A stretch of DNA of 64,000 nt from Paraspadella gotoi (Eukaryota > Animalia > Chaetognatha): contig CM119269.1 of NCBI GenBank assembly GCA_051294375.1, positions 894,272 to 958,271 on the forward strand. Direction: 5' to 3'. The notes beneath the pieces were generated by a model that saw only the letters and a list, made by a program, of their open reading frames with translations, was not told where the DNA came from and ran no database searches. This document shows, piece by piece, positions 1 to 24,150 of this stretch. The stretch's first letter is position 1. Each line of letters starts with the position of its first letter. A program made the position numbers and the translations under genes.

Positions 1-391
1 GAATTTCTCTAGACCGCCAATGAGATGAGCTCAAGTATGTTGAATAATGTTTTGTGCGTTTTATATGGCATGTCGCTTTTTTTTTGTAAAATATCATGGC
101 CCGAATTTGTTATTTTTTATTGTAAAGAGAGTTCATTTCGGCATAATAATAATTATTAAACCGTAGTTTCGATATGAGTTGTTTTTTAATAAATATAAAT
201 GCTTGTTTACTGATAAATAATTTTTTCTCAAGGCGAGCAAAAACAACTTATATTATTGCTTATTTATTTCATTGAAAGAAAATGTGAAAGATTTTTACTC
301 ACTTTTTCGAATCATTTTAGTACACTGAGAAAATGGAATTGAATGATAGGCTAATTTTCTTTAAAAAAATACAACTTTCCCCCCCATTTAG

Positions 392-1089
392 CTTGATATT
401 CGTTTCGACTCTACTCTGTGTCTCAAATCGAATCATTCAGGTAAATTTTTCATTTGATTTTTTAACATGTAAAAGTGTAGCGTTAAGGTTTACTTTTTAT
501 TAATTAACATACTGAAAATATTGAATAAAATCAAATATTTAAAGTTATTTGAAATTATTCTTTTTTTTTTTCAGCGACTTCATCCCTCGATTTATCTCAG
601 TCGCAATTGTTGTCGCCGGGCTCCAATCTTTCCTCTCTGCGCAACCTTAGTTCCAACCTTAGTTCCAACCTTTTTCCTCTCGGTTCTCCGTCGTTTCTCT
701 CTTCCCTCCCGCTACCCAACCGCGTCTTGGGCTCGCGCTTACCTCCGCGTCAGTCCGACCACAACGCAGTTTCCACTTTTTCTCCTCTGGCGCCACCATC
801 GTCCTTACCTTCATCGTTGGTATCTCGTACGGACCAGCAACCTTTTACTCAATCGCCCCCACCTGAAATCTCTGTCTCGGAATCTCCACTCCGCTTCCCA
901 CCTTCCGTCGTCTTTCAGCCAGTTCCTCCCCCACTTGCCTCCCACCCTCCTCATTCCCATCGCCCTCTACCGGCCGTCGATTCCACCTCTTCGTCGTCGC
1001 AAACAAACCTCGCTAATCCGACGGCAAATTGCGTGTCGTCGCCAACCAACCCCGAAGGCTCAGCGGAAAATCGCAGTGAGTCGCCATAA
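392..1089 (+). CDS. 3' exons of an unidentified Ser/Pro-rich protein (partial; candidate exons 392-440 and 575-1089)
   Basis: GT at 441 and poly-T+CAG acceptor ending 574 join in phase (LDIRFDSTLCLKSNHS|ATSSLDLSQSQLLSPGSN...ENRSESP*). GC-rich island in AT-rich surroundings; no recognisable domain. Confidence 0.45.
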
Positions 1090-4000
1090 AATTTAAACAT
1101 TGGAGAGAGAAAATTTTATAAAAACTATTAAAAATGTTATTCATGTTCAAGAGTGAGATTTAATAAGATACAGTCTGGACTAAAAATGGGAGTAACGACA
1201 TCTAATGTCACATTATCGACTTTATATATTGATATATTTATATATATATATATTTGATGATGTTTCAAAAATATTTCTTATTTGTGAAACTTACTCCTTT
1301 TATTTAACAGAGAGAGAGTCCGAGCTGCCGACTGCATTCTCTCAGTCCCAAAAGCGAGAGACAAGGGGTCAAGTGAATTTGGGAGAAAGAAAAATCTCCA
1401 AGACCTTAGACGGTCGTCTCATCAGAACGTTGCAGCATAAAAGTTTTCACAATCAGGTCTTTTATTTTTCTACTAATCTCTTCCGCTATTTTTCCTCTTT
1501 TTTTTCTATCGAAAACAAAATTCTTTTTCTTTCTTTCGGTTTTTTATATTTTGCTTGCTTGCTTTCTTTCTTTCTTTATTTTTCTCTTTTTTTCTTTTTT
1601 TCTTTTTCTTTGTTTTTTTTTCTTTTTCTTTCTTTCTTTCTTTCTTTTTCTTTCTTTCTTTGTTTCTTTCTTTCCTCATCTTTCCTTTTTTCATCTTTCT
1701 TTTTCTTTTTTAAATTTTTTCCCCCGTTTTTAAACAAAATTCGTTTCCCGATTTTTTTAAAAGATAATAATTTGTCCTCGGGGAAATCAAAATTGACGTC
1801 CGGTTAACGAGAAAACAATTTTCCTCCATTTCCTTTCCGCTCCCTGATTCCCGCCACACCTGATCCCCTTCAACGGCCGAACCTCACTCATTCCACGCGG
1901 CACGCCTTTCCCTCGCCAGCTGGTGCCGCCCGTCGGTCGCATCGGCGCTCGCGTCACGCCGCGCCCGTCCCTCTCATCGTCGTCGTCCTTGGCGCGATCT
2001 CTCTGGTCCTCCTCCCGCGTTCTCGCCCCGCCTACTTTTCACCTTTCGTCGACAGCGGCGCCTCCCATGCCGCCTTTCGACGACGTCGTCTTCCGTCGGG
2101 GCGTCGCTTGGGACGTGGACCGACGCCGGTCGAGAGGGCGGGGACATGGCGCGTCGTTGGCGGCGTCCACGCAAAGAGGCTCCAATCATTCCGCTTCTTT
2201 TTGACCTTCTTATTTTTTGTTTTTTCTTATCGAAGAAACGCAAGCGCTATCGATTTCCGAATCGGTGAATGTCGGAAACAATTCGATAGCTAAATTTATC
2301 TCCGGAACATTGGTTCAATTTTATTGAACGACCTTTTTCCTTTTGAAGATCAATCACAAAACTAGATTGTCGTTAATTTCCAATTTTACAGTCTTCTTGT
2401 TTAATTGAGTGGTCATTTTTTTATGGAAATAAATTTGTTAGTATTTTATATTGAATTTCAGTTTAGTCAAGCCGCTTTGGTTTCACCATTTTTCTTGCCT
2501 CCAATTTTTCTTTTTTGGACGTTTTTAATTTATTTTTTTCGCCGAACACCAAAGAACAACTACTAGTGAACTACTTGTAGTCCTATATTCATTCAATAAA
2601 TGCTTTATTTTTTTACAAGAACCAGAATTCTTTCGACTCTGTACGCTCCAATTATTTTTCATTGTTGATGTTGTTGTTTATAACTGAAAAGTAAATAAAT
2701 TCAAACAGTATCATCAATTTTTACATTATTTTTAGTTCCATTGAAATTTCTTGAGCAGAAAGAAAATTTTAGTTTATTTCAAAACCTTTATACAGCTAAA
2801 CTTAGATCCAGGTCGTATAATTACGAGTATTTTAGTTCTTACGGAAGAATTAATATAGCACAAATTATAGTTTTTAATTCGCTATTATTATCAATCCTCT
2901 TTGCCATGATAACACAATTTCAATGTAGCCTTTTAATTTCAAGTCTAAGAATAACGACGTAAATCGCCAACCTCTGGCTCTCCGATATACACTGCTCTTC
3001 CCCTTCAATTTCTCTCCTCTTCCTCCTCCTCTTCTTCCTCGCTACCTCAGTTTCCTTTCCTCCCTTTCCTCCATTTTTTCGTCTCCTTTTCCAAACTTGG
3101 CTCAAGGCGCGAGTCTCTCTTCTCTATATTTAAATATTCTGCCTATTCTTTTCTCTCTACTTTTTTCCTTCTGATGATGCGTAGTTCATTGAATAAACGA
3201 GAAAAAAACTTTTTATGAAACTCAACTTTTTCACCAGAGCATTGACCGTTTTACTTGGCTAAATCTAAAAAAAAAATTTTAAACTGTATTTATGTCAGTT
3301 ATAATATTTAACGTGCCTTATGGTATACAAACAATTTAAATTTCTCTCTTTTTCTTCAAAAATGAAAAAAAAAATTAATCTGAAAAAATTAATTATTCGT
3401 CAGTTTTGTCATTATTCTGATTCTTTTTCCTTACCTCTGCTTTCCTCAACTGAAATTGAATCTATTCACTTTTACCTTGGGCTGAGACAGAATTTTCTCT
3501 CTGTTTTTCCTTCAGAAAAAATTGTATCGGAAATATGGCACGTGTTTTGCAAATTACATGTTTTTTTTTTCACCATTTATCGGAAAACGCTAGCTTACAT
3601 TATTCAATGAAGTAAGCGTTTTTGTTATATATCGCATCACCATTTTATCGACAATACCTATTTAGTATTCTCTAGTTTTCTGCTCTTTTTACATACATAG
3701 ATTTTAAAAAATTCAAAACGGCAGAAAAATCACGCACGCAATCACCAGGGCTCTTGATGGTATAAAAAGGTTATTTTTATACTCTCTCCTTTTTTGTTTA
3801 GATTTAGTCTTGAATCATAAGAGGATCATACACTCGAGCCCCGTCCATCCATGTCTTTTTCTTTCTTTCTCTCTCTCTCTCTCTCTCAAGATTGCCACGC
3901 GAAGACTCACGTCTCAGCTAAAAAAAAGTAAGAGGGGGAAAAAGTCTCCAAATCCCCGAGCCTTCATCTGCATAATTCGCATAAGCTGCTAGGAGGCAGC

Positions 4001-5780
4001 CAGATATTTTCGTTCCGACGTTCTCTTCTCCGCGTCGGAAATATAACAACAAAAACGAAATATCGATAAAAAAATAATACATACTAATTCTCTATCGAAT
4101 TGCGCAAAGGGAAAACGAGCTGCAGTTCCGTAGCGGAAGAAATCGCAAAGAAAACTCGAAAATGAACATCGAATAGACTGGAAATATGGTGACAAATTCG
4201 TTGGAAGCGGGCGGCGTTGGCGGCGAGGACGGCGGCGGAGTGGGTGTGGGCGGCGACGATTCGGCAGCCAAAGGTTAGTCACTTTGCTTCTCATAATTTT
4301 GGTTAATTATTATCGCGACTTTGACGAAGATCAAAACTATTTAGATATGATAATGATAGATCTAAACTTTATGCTTCAGTTAAAGTTGACACTAAGACAC
4401 TGTAATTTTGGTTGACATTGAAAGTTAAAATATATGTGACCAAGCAATTCGTTTTATACTTACCTCTGTATTAAATTAATTGATAATTCACATCCATTTG
4501 ACGGGAAGCGGCATAAAATGTAGTGTCAATCGCCTCCTCATTTTGGTGAGACAGAGATGAAAGTGAAACTGAGAAAGAGAGCGATAGAGAAACAAACAGA
4601 AAGACTGACAGGAAGTCAACGATGATCAGTAAAAACTCCAGGGACAAAAACAATCTTTTGTGGCGTCTTTTAGGAGACGTCATTGAATTTACGTACACGT
4701 GATTGCGCGGAAAATATATGGCATAGTTTGTAGATGGTAGATAATATTGTTCATTTGTTATGTTTTGTTAGGCAAAAAGTTGCGGTACTGCGTCAAAAAG
4801 TAAAATACATGCGAACCAGAATCGCTGAATGTTTATTTCTTTGGCTTGGAGGATTTTAATAGTTGTTGGCTGTTTCGAAGTGTAAAAGGAGGTCAAGGTG
4901 GGGCGGCCCGGGGACAAAGATAGAAAAAAGATAGTCGTAAATTTTTGAAGCAAAGAAAGAGAAAGTTAAATCCAGAAATGCAAGGATTGATCTCGGAGAT
5001 GAAAGATATCGGGATCGCAGGAAGAAGAAGAATAAAATAAATTAATAATAAAAGATGGGATAAGAAAAATATTTAGGTAGAAACAGAATAGAAAGATAAA
5101 AGAAAAGAAAAAGGCGGTAGAAGCCGCCATTTTGTTGGACGCTCTTCGCATGATAACGAAGCTCTAACCTAGAGAGCGAAAGAAATGCGGATTCGAGTAT
5201 CGAAAACGAAGGGGACTTGGTTGAGAGACGTCCGAGGAAAGGATGACGGGGGTAAACGATTGGGTTAGCTGGGGGAGAGAGAGAGAGAGAGGGAATTTTA
5301 GAAAAGAGACGGTAATGCAAAAAAGATGAGGGAAGAAAAGGGACGCGGCAAAAAAATGGTGGTGCGGTCCAGAATAAAGAATGAACAGGGAATGAGAAAA
5401 AAGGTACAAAGAAAGACAGGAATAGCGTCGGAACATTTGCGGAGATGAGAGGAATGATCACGCAGATAAAACGGGCTAACGAAAGGGATGAAAGAGCAAA
5501 AGGTACTTGGACCATATGATGCCTTGCTGATGGTAACAAGAATGAGTAGTCGAAGGGAGACGACGCTAAACGCGAAAGAATGGAATGATTGAGAAGCAGG
5601 AGGAAAAAAAGAAAAGTAAAACTAGGAATACACGTAGAATATAGAGATCGTGGGTGGGGGAGGCGTGGTTGTTAGAGCAGCGTTTGCCAGATATTTTACG
5701 ACCTCTTCTTCCCGTTTTATCGCTCTCTGTCGGTCCTCATAACGTGTCTCTATCTCAGTCTGTCCTTTTGCGTCATCATG

Positions 5781-5893
<113 letters not shown>

Positions 5894-8559
5894 GTTTTTG
5901 AACACACTCACTGAAACGCTCACAAAAAAACCCAAAAAACAAAAAACAAAACAGAACAATAGCATTAAAAACGCTGCCAAAGCTTGACTCCCTCGAGGCG
6001 AAAAGTCACTGAAACTTTGTTTGTTTTCCAGAGGATCGTTGTTTCCAAAGTATAGAACGAAGTTGGTAGTTGCCATATGGCAGCGATATGGATTATAGAG
6101 AGTGAGAGAGACTGATAGAGAGAGAGCGCGATGAGGGAAAATGTACGAGAGAGAGGCGTGTGCTAAAAATGGAAGAGCATAGGATACTCGGTTGGGGTTT
6201 CTATGGGGACCGTAAAGATAAAACTGGGTGAGCTGAAACAATGTTGTCATAAAGGGAGAAGAGGTCACAGATGAGAGACGTGAGAGAGAGAGAGAGAGAC
6301 ACTAGAGGCCAGTGATGCAAAGATAATAGCGAGAAAAAGAGGACAAAAATCACAAGGGGTTGAGTCATCGGGTAATGGGATGACTGACAAGAGAAACAAT
6401 AAAGGGTTTTGGGTTATCAGGGTTATGAGAATAGGGTAAAAGAAAAATACCAGAAACGACCGTAAGAAAAGAAAAGAAAATTTAAAAAACCAATAGAAAA
6501 CGAAAGGTATGCTAATAAAGATTTATGGGTTTAAAAACTATTTTCGAAGAAAAAGAGACAAAATTTTAAAGTGGGACTGGAAATAAGATGAAAAAATAGG
6601 ACTAGTCTGAACTTAAAGAGGAAAACGAGAAAAGCGAAACGGGAATTCAGCTTCGTCGTCGTCGTCATCGTTGTCGTTAAAGTCGATATTATATCCTATC
6701 GGTCAGGAATGGATTTAGTTGGTTCGGTGAAGCCCCGGGTCTCCGGCGGTTGGGGCTGATTGAAGAGGAAAAGTGGATGGCGTCCTTTATTTACTCTGGC
6801 GATCTTTCCTCTTGAGCTTTCAAATCGGCTTCTCTCTCGTTTTGTAATTGTGGGCATAAACTTGTAATCATTACAGTAATGATTCATTCATGGAGGTTTT
6901 CCGTCCGATTCTTAACGAGAATAAATGAGTGTTCTCTAAAACGTTTTTCATTTCTGTTTTGAAACGTTGTCTTCTCGTTTTCATCTTTTTTAAAACTTGG
7001 TCTCTTCGATTCCACTCTCAACTTTGGTCACGTGACCAACGTCAAATGTTTCTCTCTGGATTAATTTGCAAAATTGCAACTCGATCCCTGGATCGAATCT
7101 CGACTCTCGAGTCGGAAGGAGAAAAAAAATGCCATCATAAAATCTCGTCGAACGATGAACTCCAATGGAAATAGGGTAAACGCACTTTAGCGCCAACGGC
7201 GACAACAGCTGCTATTTTTTTGCCATGAAACGAGTCAGGGAGAAACGAAGTCGAACCCGTGACCTTTAGACGGAGAGGATCGGCGTAATTGTCGTGAGAA
7301 TCGATAGTCGAAACAAGCAAGAGTTGAGGAAACCCTCGGTTTATATGTCACGATTGACGTCAATTGACGACAACAAAAAAAGACAACAACAGCGACCACG
7401 AAGATCTATATATTTTATATATACTATATTAAATCATTAAGAGAGAATAATTAACGATCCAGGAGCAAAATAAATTCTTAGACTTGCTCCGCTTGAGCTG
7501 AGATAGATCGAGAACGCTTCTATTAATTCACCAAGCAGAAGATTATTCCTTATTCCAAATATTCTATTCTTCTTAATTCTGGAGGATTCTATTCCAGAAG
7601 ATCCTAGAATCCCTCTCCTATTTCGAACGACCTACTCTACTTCTCATCTTTTTTGCCACTGAGGTTAATGGCGACGACCTTTCCTTATTTGCGCGCGCGT
7701 GACCAAATCATCAACTCCTTTCCTGATTGGTTGTTTTCGGTTGCGGGTCTTCTTGCGACTTTGTCGCTTGTTCTGTCAGCATAAGAAGAATGTTAGAAAG
7801 AAAAACGAAATGAATAAATGACAAATCAAATCTGAATAATTTAAACCATAGTTCTAAATAATGCAACTTATTTAGTATTTTCTCCAGGATGAAGTTTCAC
7901 TCAAAGTCAAATTTTTTTTTCCTTACTCGCTAAAATAGTTTTTCTTTCATTACATTAAATTCCATTATCCTCATTTTATGAGGATCAAAGTTTTCTCTTT
8001 CCTGCCACAAGTTTCCCTAGACTTTTCAATCACTTTCATGTTTTCCTTTTCCCCTGACCACAAACTATTTTCAACTCACTGAAGTCAGCCTTCCTTCAGA
8101 CCTTTTTTGGCTGACCATTCCTCGCCTCTGCTATCTTACTCAGTCGATTGGTTGTTTTTTTTTTTTAACATTTCCCTTCCTTACTACCGAGTAGTTGAAC
8201 CCATTGCCTATCTCTCTCCTTTCCCCCCATTCTTTAAAATTAACGCGTTCCCATTCCTTTTTATTTCTTCTTTCACCTTTTTCTCCCAACTCAGTTCACA
8301 AACAGTTTCCGGTTCACACCACCGTTCAAACTGTTTGTGGTTCACACCGCCGTTCTCTTTCACAAAGAAAAGCGATAATTTGATTCAGCTTCGGACGGAG
8401 GAAGGAAGAGAGAGACAGAGAAAGACAGAGTCAGAAGGAGAGAGAGAGAATCTCTTCTCTCCCACTTTCCTCCTCTGAATTTTGAGCTTCTCTCCTTCTC
8501 CTTTCTTCCAATTATTCTCTCCTTATTATGTCTTTCTTATTTCTTTCTCCTCTTCTCAT

Positions 8560-8790
8560 TTTTTTCATTCTCTACATCTTCCATACTTCTTTCATACTTC
8601 TTCTCTTCTCCTTTCATACTTCTCTCCTCCTTTCATACTTTTTCTCTCCTTTTATACTTCTTCTCTTCTCCTTTCACACTTCTCTCTTCCTTTCATACTT
8701 CTTCTCTTCTCCTTTCATACTTCTCTCTTCCTTTCATACTTCTCTCCTCCTGTCATACTTCTTCTCTCCTCCTATCATACTTTATCTCTG
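8560..8790. repeat. Pyrimidine-rich minisatellite, unit of about 20 bp
   Basis: Repeated CCTTTCATACTT(CT)CTCT(T)CT units in tandem. Confidence 0.85.
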
Positions 8791-11700
8791 CTCATCTCCC
8801 ATTTCCCTCATTTTAACTTTCTTCACTCCTCTTCCACGCCCCCTGCCTCATCTTCCCGATGATCGACGAGTCTGCGCAGGCGCAAGAAAGATTCATTACC
8901 TTTCCCGCAGACTCTGGCTTTAAATGATTCTCTAAACTAACTATGAGTTAAAGTAATATAATAGCAATGTCAAATACTTCCAAAATCGTCAGTTTCGTGC
9001 AGAGAAAGGCTTGAAATTAAAAACAAGAGCATTATACTTTTAAGATTACGGTAGTGTACGGACAGACAGACAGAAAAATCGGCGTCCGATTGAGTCGCGT
9101 CTCATCGCGAATAAAAATAATGTTTGTGTTTTTAGCGAATCCTCTTTTTCATTTACATTAAAAATAGTTTACGAGGATAAATGTCTCCAAACATACTGAG
9201 GGAAACTTCACGGTTGTATAAAATCTCTAAAGATATTCATAGCTTTTACGCGATAAAAAGAAAAACCCCTCTAAATGTATTCTGACAATTTGGAAAGGAT
9301 TTTTATAATTCAGTGTCAAATGTGACAAAATTCTTGGGAACCTGACACAAACACATCATCGGAAAAAGTCGCGTCGGAAAGAAACGGAGATTAGAAAATA
9401 GAGAGCAGAATAAAAAAAGGAAACAAATTATTTATTATTTAATCAAAACATGTCCACAATTTTTAAATAAGAAATCGTTGTTTGTCTGCACTCAAAACAT
9501 TTCCGAATCAAAACCAAAAATTCAAAAGAAAGAGAGCTGAAAAGCCAAAAAACAAAAAAAAACAAAAAAAACAAAACAAAAAAAACAAAGACTGAAATCT
9601 CAGTCAATTTTCCCCGCGGGTCTCGTCGACCCAGCGGAATCCCTTCATCCTCCAAGGCTTACGAAGGGGGGGGGGGAACGCGCCTCCGGAAACCGGAACA
9701 GGAAAATCCGAAGATTTCTGAGAAAAAGTAAAAGATCAAAAAAAAATGTTAAAGAAGAAAAAAAGTCTGAAAATCAAATAACCGGGAGAAAAGGAAATAT
9801 AATTTGACTTTTCGACATGCGACTCGTCGACCCTTCTTTCCTTTTTTTTTCTTTTCTTTCATCCTTCCTCCATCTAGGTCGCGCCCACCATCCTTTTTCC
9901 CCCATATTTTCCAAAATGGCCCTATTTTAGAATAAATTCAGAATTATTTTTTTTTGCTTTTAAACTTAGATTAAGGGTTAAAGATAAAAGGTTAAGAAAT
10001 AAGTTAGGAAATTGGGTTAGAAATTTGTTAAGGGATTTGAAAAAAAAAATTTTGGAATTAAGGTTAGCGATTAGAGTTAAAGATTATAGTTTAGGGTTAG
10101 TTAATAGTTAATAAAAATTATAGTTTAGGATTAGCTAATAGTTAATAAGGATTATAAAAAAAGATTTAAGATTATAATTCAGGATTTGGGTTAAGGATTG
10201 CTTTAAATATTTTAAATAAGATTATGGTTAATTATTAAGGATAAAATTAATTATAGGGATTAGAATTATAAATGAGGTACTTTCGGAATATAGCATATAT
10301 CCCATTTCAACCTGCTCTCAATACCTCGAAATCGGATCGAAAGGCGAATTTCCCCTGAAATTGGGAAAAAACTTTTTCCTTGGGGGGAAGGGGGGGGGGC
10401 GTTGGGGAGGCGAATGGAGTTTTGCGAGTTGAGACGAAAATTCCTTTTCCAATAATAAATCGAGAACCTCGGGTGTCGAAAAAAAAACTTACCAATTTGT
10501 GGAGGCAGAGGATATATGTATATATATATAAAAGATATCTTAAATTATTTTTAAATTTGAAGATTTAGGACTGTTAACAAACACATTCTAGCCACGTGGC
10601 AATTTGAGTTTTTGCCTTCATTAGCGTTTGGCACCCAGATGGCTCTTGGTTCATTGTTTTGCTCTGTTTTTTAAAAAAAATGGTTTTACAAACGACTTTT
10701 CGTAGATTCCATCTAGAAACCAAAAGAACATACTACCAATCCAAAACAATGAGAAAAAATGATTCATTAAATTTCAATTAATAATTCCAACCAAAAAAAC
10801 ATGATTTGGAGCATTTTTCAAAGTTGAATCCTCATAGTTTATAGAGAAAAATCCCTGGGCTGAAAGACAATTTTTTCATGAAAAAGAAAAAGTTAATTTT
10901 CACGTGAATATAGGAATTCTTTATGACGTCAATAACTACAGTAACTTCTCAATTTCTTTAATTGAGATATATGCTATGAAGGAACAACGCAAACGGAAGC
11001 AAAATAAATAAGTCGTGTTCTGGAGACGACGACGAGGAAAACTTGGACGTATTCACGACGACGACGACGACGTCGAAAACAAAGTCTTGGAGGGCGAAAT
11101 GTGGTCAAAAATAGAAAAAAAAACATCGGTCAATATAGATGTCAAATTCGATGCGACATGCCGTTCGAAGCGAGGTCAATGGGCTGCTTGTGTCGAAAGA
11201 TATATGCGGTTCCTTGAAGGATGATGAGTTTATGACCCGTCGAATATGTGTTCCCAAATTTGACAAATACGAAGATGAAGTAAACTATGCGTGACGACGA
11301 CGACCAGAAATAGCCCAGAATTTTCAGCATTAGCTCTTGGGTCCTCGAGCGTTCGCAGTCTTCTTTCCTTGCGCGTATCTTGTTTTTATTTTGTTAATTA
11401 TTGTCTCATATATTTTAACGTTTTCTCCATTTTTATTGGTTTTCAAGATTCGTCCCATTTTCGGATGCTAATTGTATTATAATCAACTGTTAAATTTCTA
11501 TTTTGTTCTCGTAATTTAAAATATCTTTTTTTTCTTCTATCTTCTCATTCTATTATTCTTTTTTCTATTTCTTTTGTTTTTGTTTTTTTATCCTCCTTTG
11601 TTTTCTCTTTTCTCCATCTGTTTTTGCCGAGAGCGAAAATCGAAAATCAATTAAGTTGATTCCTTCGTTGGGTCGAATCCGCAACGAAGGGAAATTAGTG

Positions 11701-12970
11701 GATTCCTCTGGGCGAAGCGTCCGCTGCTGCTCTGAGCGACGGAGCGGCGGGTACTGGGCAATGGGCAGTGACGTGGTGGGTCATGGGAAGTGAGTACTAG
11801 GTAGGTCGGGGTGCGAATACTGCGAATGGGTGAGCTGAGAAAAAGAGAGAGAGAGAGAGACGTTGAGCTGAGACAAGCGTCGTTTTGTGTCATAAAATGT
11901 TGAATGCATTATTTTTCTTATCAAACAAAACCTGGGTGGGGGAATGTAATAAATAACAGCGAGAGAAGAAAGAATGTAAATTATGGAGAGAAAATGACAA
12001 AAAGAAAAGATAAGACTTCGTGAGACGAACATTAATGAATGATAGACAAATCAGTAGAGTTGGATTTTTTGTATGGGATTTAAAAATCTAAAGACAAAGC
12101 GGAGAGAAAAAAAGTCACAAGCTTTCAAGTTCAGACGGACGAGGCTGGAGTTATTAAGGAGGGTCGAACCAAAAGACTCGAATGATGGATAAAAAAAGGA
12201 TTTCGTCTGAGTCTGACTGAGATAAGTTGAAGTCAGAGAGAGAGAGAGAGAGAATTGAATTGAATTGAGAGAGAGAGAGAGAGAGTACGGGAAGAATGAA
12301 GCACAAGAAAAGTAGGAGACTTTTAAGGTTTTTATTTATATCATAATCTTCGGTAAACATATGTAAAAAAAAACCAAACAAGAAACAAACAAAATTAAGC
12401 AGATTGACAAACTGACACACGGACAGACGCATAGACTACGTGAAGAAGCTTTCTCAATTTAAAAATGTGCGACTAAAAATTCGAGTCGCAGACAAATGGG
12501 ATGAGGAGCCGGCGATGAATCCCCAGGTGAGTGAGATCCGGGGATCGCAGTGGAAATCTGTGAAAAACGAGCTTTTTCACGAAAGGTCTCTCTTTCACAT
12601 TTTTTAAATCTCCTGAGGGTGAATTCTCAGATGCGTGGATTTTTCGGCGGGTGATTTCACAATGGAAATGGAAATTCACATTTCCTCTTTCCGAAGAGAC
12701 GAGTAGATGGTTTTGTCCGTCAATGTGTGAAAATTTGAGTTTTACGGAATCAGTGTAATATGAACAAATCGCTTGAGGATTGTTTCCGGATGAATGATTA
12801 ATGGAGAAATTCATTTTATTCTTGCTATTGTTTTCATTACAAACGAAACATGCGTAGGCGGAGAGAGAAAGAGAGAGAGAGAGAGAGATCAAAAGTTAAT
12901 GGAATTTGGTGAATTCAGTTTTTGTCACCCTCGGAGCAAAGAGAGAGATTCTTTTAGAGAGAGAGAGAGA

Positions 12971-13194
12971 GCCGGGTTGCCTGTGATGCCCAATGGGATG
13001 GGGCATCTCACTTTTGGCTTTGAGGGCGTCCGACCCTCAGTGACGCCTCCAGTCACCGGCCCGGTTACCATCGCAGAGGGAAGTCGTTAGGACTGTGGAT
13101 GGAACTCAACGCCTGGGATGGTGTGTTCCCCCTCTGAGCCAATGGATTTGGCTGAACAATGTTGGACGTGAGGCGGTGTGAATATACCGACACA
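12971..13194 (-). mobile_element. Solo LTR-like copy of the repeat forming the 54.6-55.8 kb array
   Basis: Reverse complement matches the array unit (TGTGTCGGTATATTCACACCGCCTCACGTCCAAC...CAGGCAACCCGGC) and starts at the same TGTG boundary; the last ~10 nt are replaced by (GA)n. Confidence 0.8.
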
Positions 13195-13585
13195 ACATCG
13201 AATATAACTTCAGACGAGCTGCTCATTAGAATATCAGTTTTTTTTTAAATTATTTTTTAATACGTATGTGGTTAAACCTTAAAACAGAATTTTTAAACAT
13301 CCTGTCCGAAAGGTCAAAAGCAAAACGGCCTCGTTCGTCGAAAAGCTTTTAATTTACTATCTGTTACATGTTTACTATCTAAAATGGGCCATATGCAAAA
13401 TGCACTAAGGCAATTCTGCCAACGACAGAAACGATTTATGCCGACGGAAGGAGAAGGAGAAGGAGAAGGAGAAGGAGAAGGAGAAGGCAGACTGTTTGCT
13501 CCATCGTTCGTCATCCCATCCAGACGAGAATGATTAAAAGTTATGTTTGTCATAAAAATAGGCAATAAACATTAAACAAACTGTT

Positions 13586-13649
<64 letters not shown>

Positions 13650-13955
13650 CTCCAAGTCCAAATACAAATCTAATTGATTGATTGAACCTAATGATTAAAT
13701 ATATTAAATAATCTAATTATTAAATATATTGAATAACCTAATGATTAAATGTATTAAATAGCGATTCGTTTAAGAGACAAAATTAAATTTTCTTTTTAAA
13801 CTGTACACTCGGCGTTGGATGACAAAAATTCGATTTATTTTTGGAGAATTGGTTATGCAAAAAAAAAAAGTTTTTTCAGCCTGAAAGATAAAAAGTAAGA
13901 ATAAATAACAATTATGTCTTCAAAATAGTAAATTATGGCATCGAGGAGACAGTAA

Positions 13956-14140
13956 GATGCCCGGGGTGTGAGGCATCTCCCGACAGCTAGCGCTCGGGGG
14001 TTTGGACCTGAAGTGACGACCCCATATCACTGGCGTGTTTATGCCGACACCATCACACTTTAATCAGCGTGACTGTGAGGGGATTTAACCAGGATCTCAC
14101 GGTTGGTGAACGAGTACTTAGCTGTCCAAGCCAATTGGAC
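13956..14140 (-). mobile_element. Putative tRNA-derived SINE
   Basis: Minus strand begins with A-box-like TGGCTTGGACAG and B-box-like GGTTAAATCCC; the body is shared with a diverged copy at 53857-53983. Confidence 0.55.
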
Positions 14141-14389
14141 GAGGTGAGTTTCACCAAGTTATACGGGAGACAAATTTAGGATTCGCTACCGAATCATCAA
14201 AAAAGTCACTCAATTCGCTTCTGATTTACAAGTGAACGTCATCCTCTCCTTTAATGACGTGTGTGCATCGTTGTTTCTAAGCTTGTATAGTTTAAGACTT
14301 AGATATATAAAAATTAAATAAACGTACTAACTTTTTACAAAAGTAAACGCAAAGAGTTTAGGCAATAAAATTTATTTCTTTTCTCGCAG

Positions 14390-23583
<9,194 letters not shown>

Positions 23584-24107
23584 AAAGTGGCAGAGTGTCC
23601 ACTGTCCAATTCGTGTCAAACAAAACTGGCAACCAACCCAAAATTGACTTTTCTTTTCCCCATTTTGATTTTGATTTCAAACAAAACGATAAAAACTCCT
23701 TCCTTTTTTTTGTGTCTTTGTTTATTTTAATTTCTCAATTTTATGAAAAACTATTCTCGTCAGAGTTCTTGTCACAAAATGTTTTTAAGATCACCGAGTA
23801 TCTTTTTTCTTGTGAAAGAAAACCTTAAGATGTACGAGCACGACACAAAAAAGCGTGGGATTATATTAAATTTAAAACGCGTTCAATTGTGATAATCTTC
23901 TCGGCAAATAAATGTACTTCACACGCTAATGACGTTTTTTTTCTGAATTATTTTTTACAAGATAGCTTTAAGAACTTAATCCATTTAAGAACTTAATCCA
24001 TTCATCTCAAATATGCTAAAGATTAAGGTATTTGAAATCAACATCATTTACGGATAGTAGGATCCCTTAAGGAGTGAGTTAATTAATCGAAAAAGTGAAA
24101 TACAAAT

Positions 24108-24150
<43 letters not shown>

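Noticed and set aside
1860-2200. GC-rich island with short ORFs on both strands
   Set aside because: No consistent splice sites or recognisable motif; may be promoter or UTR sequence.
9960-10270. Degenerate TTAGGG-like runs (also 30420-30580)
   Set aside because: Too degenerate and interspersed to be telomeric arrays; no convincing element termini were found.
11760-11835. Candidate syt4 start exons (ATG followed by phase-1 GTGAG donors)
   Set aside because: At least two equally plausible options; cannot be chosen without transcripts.
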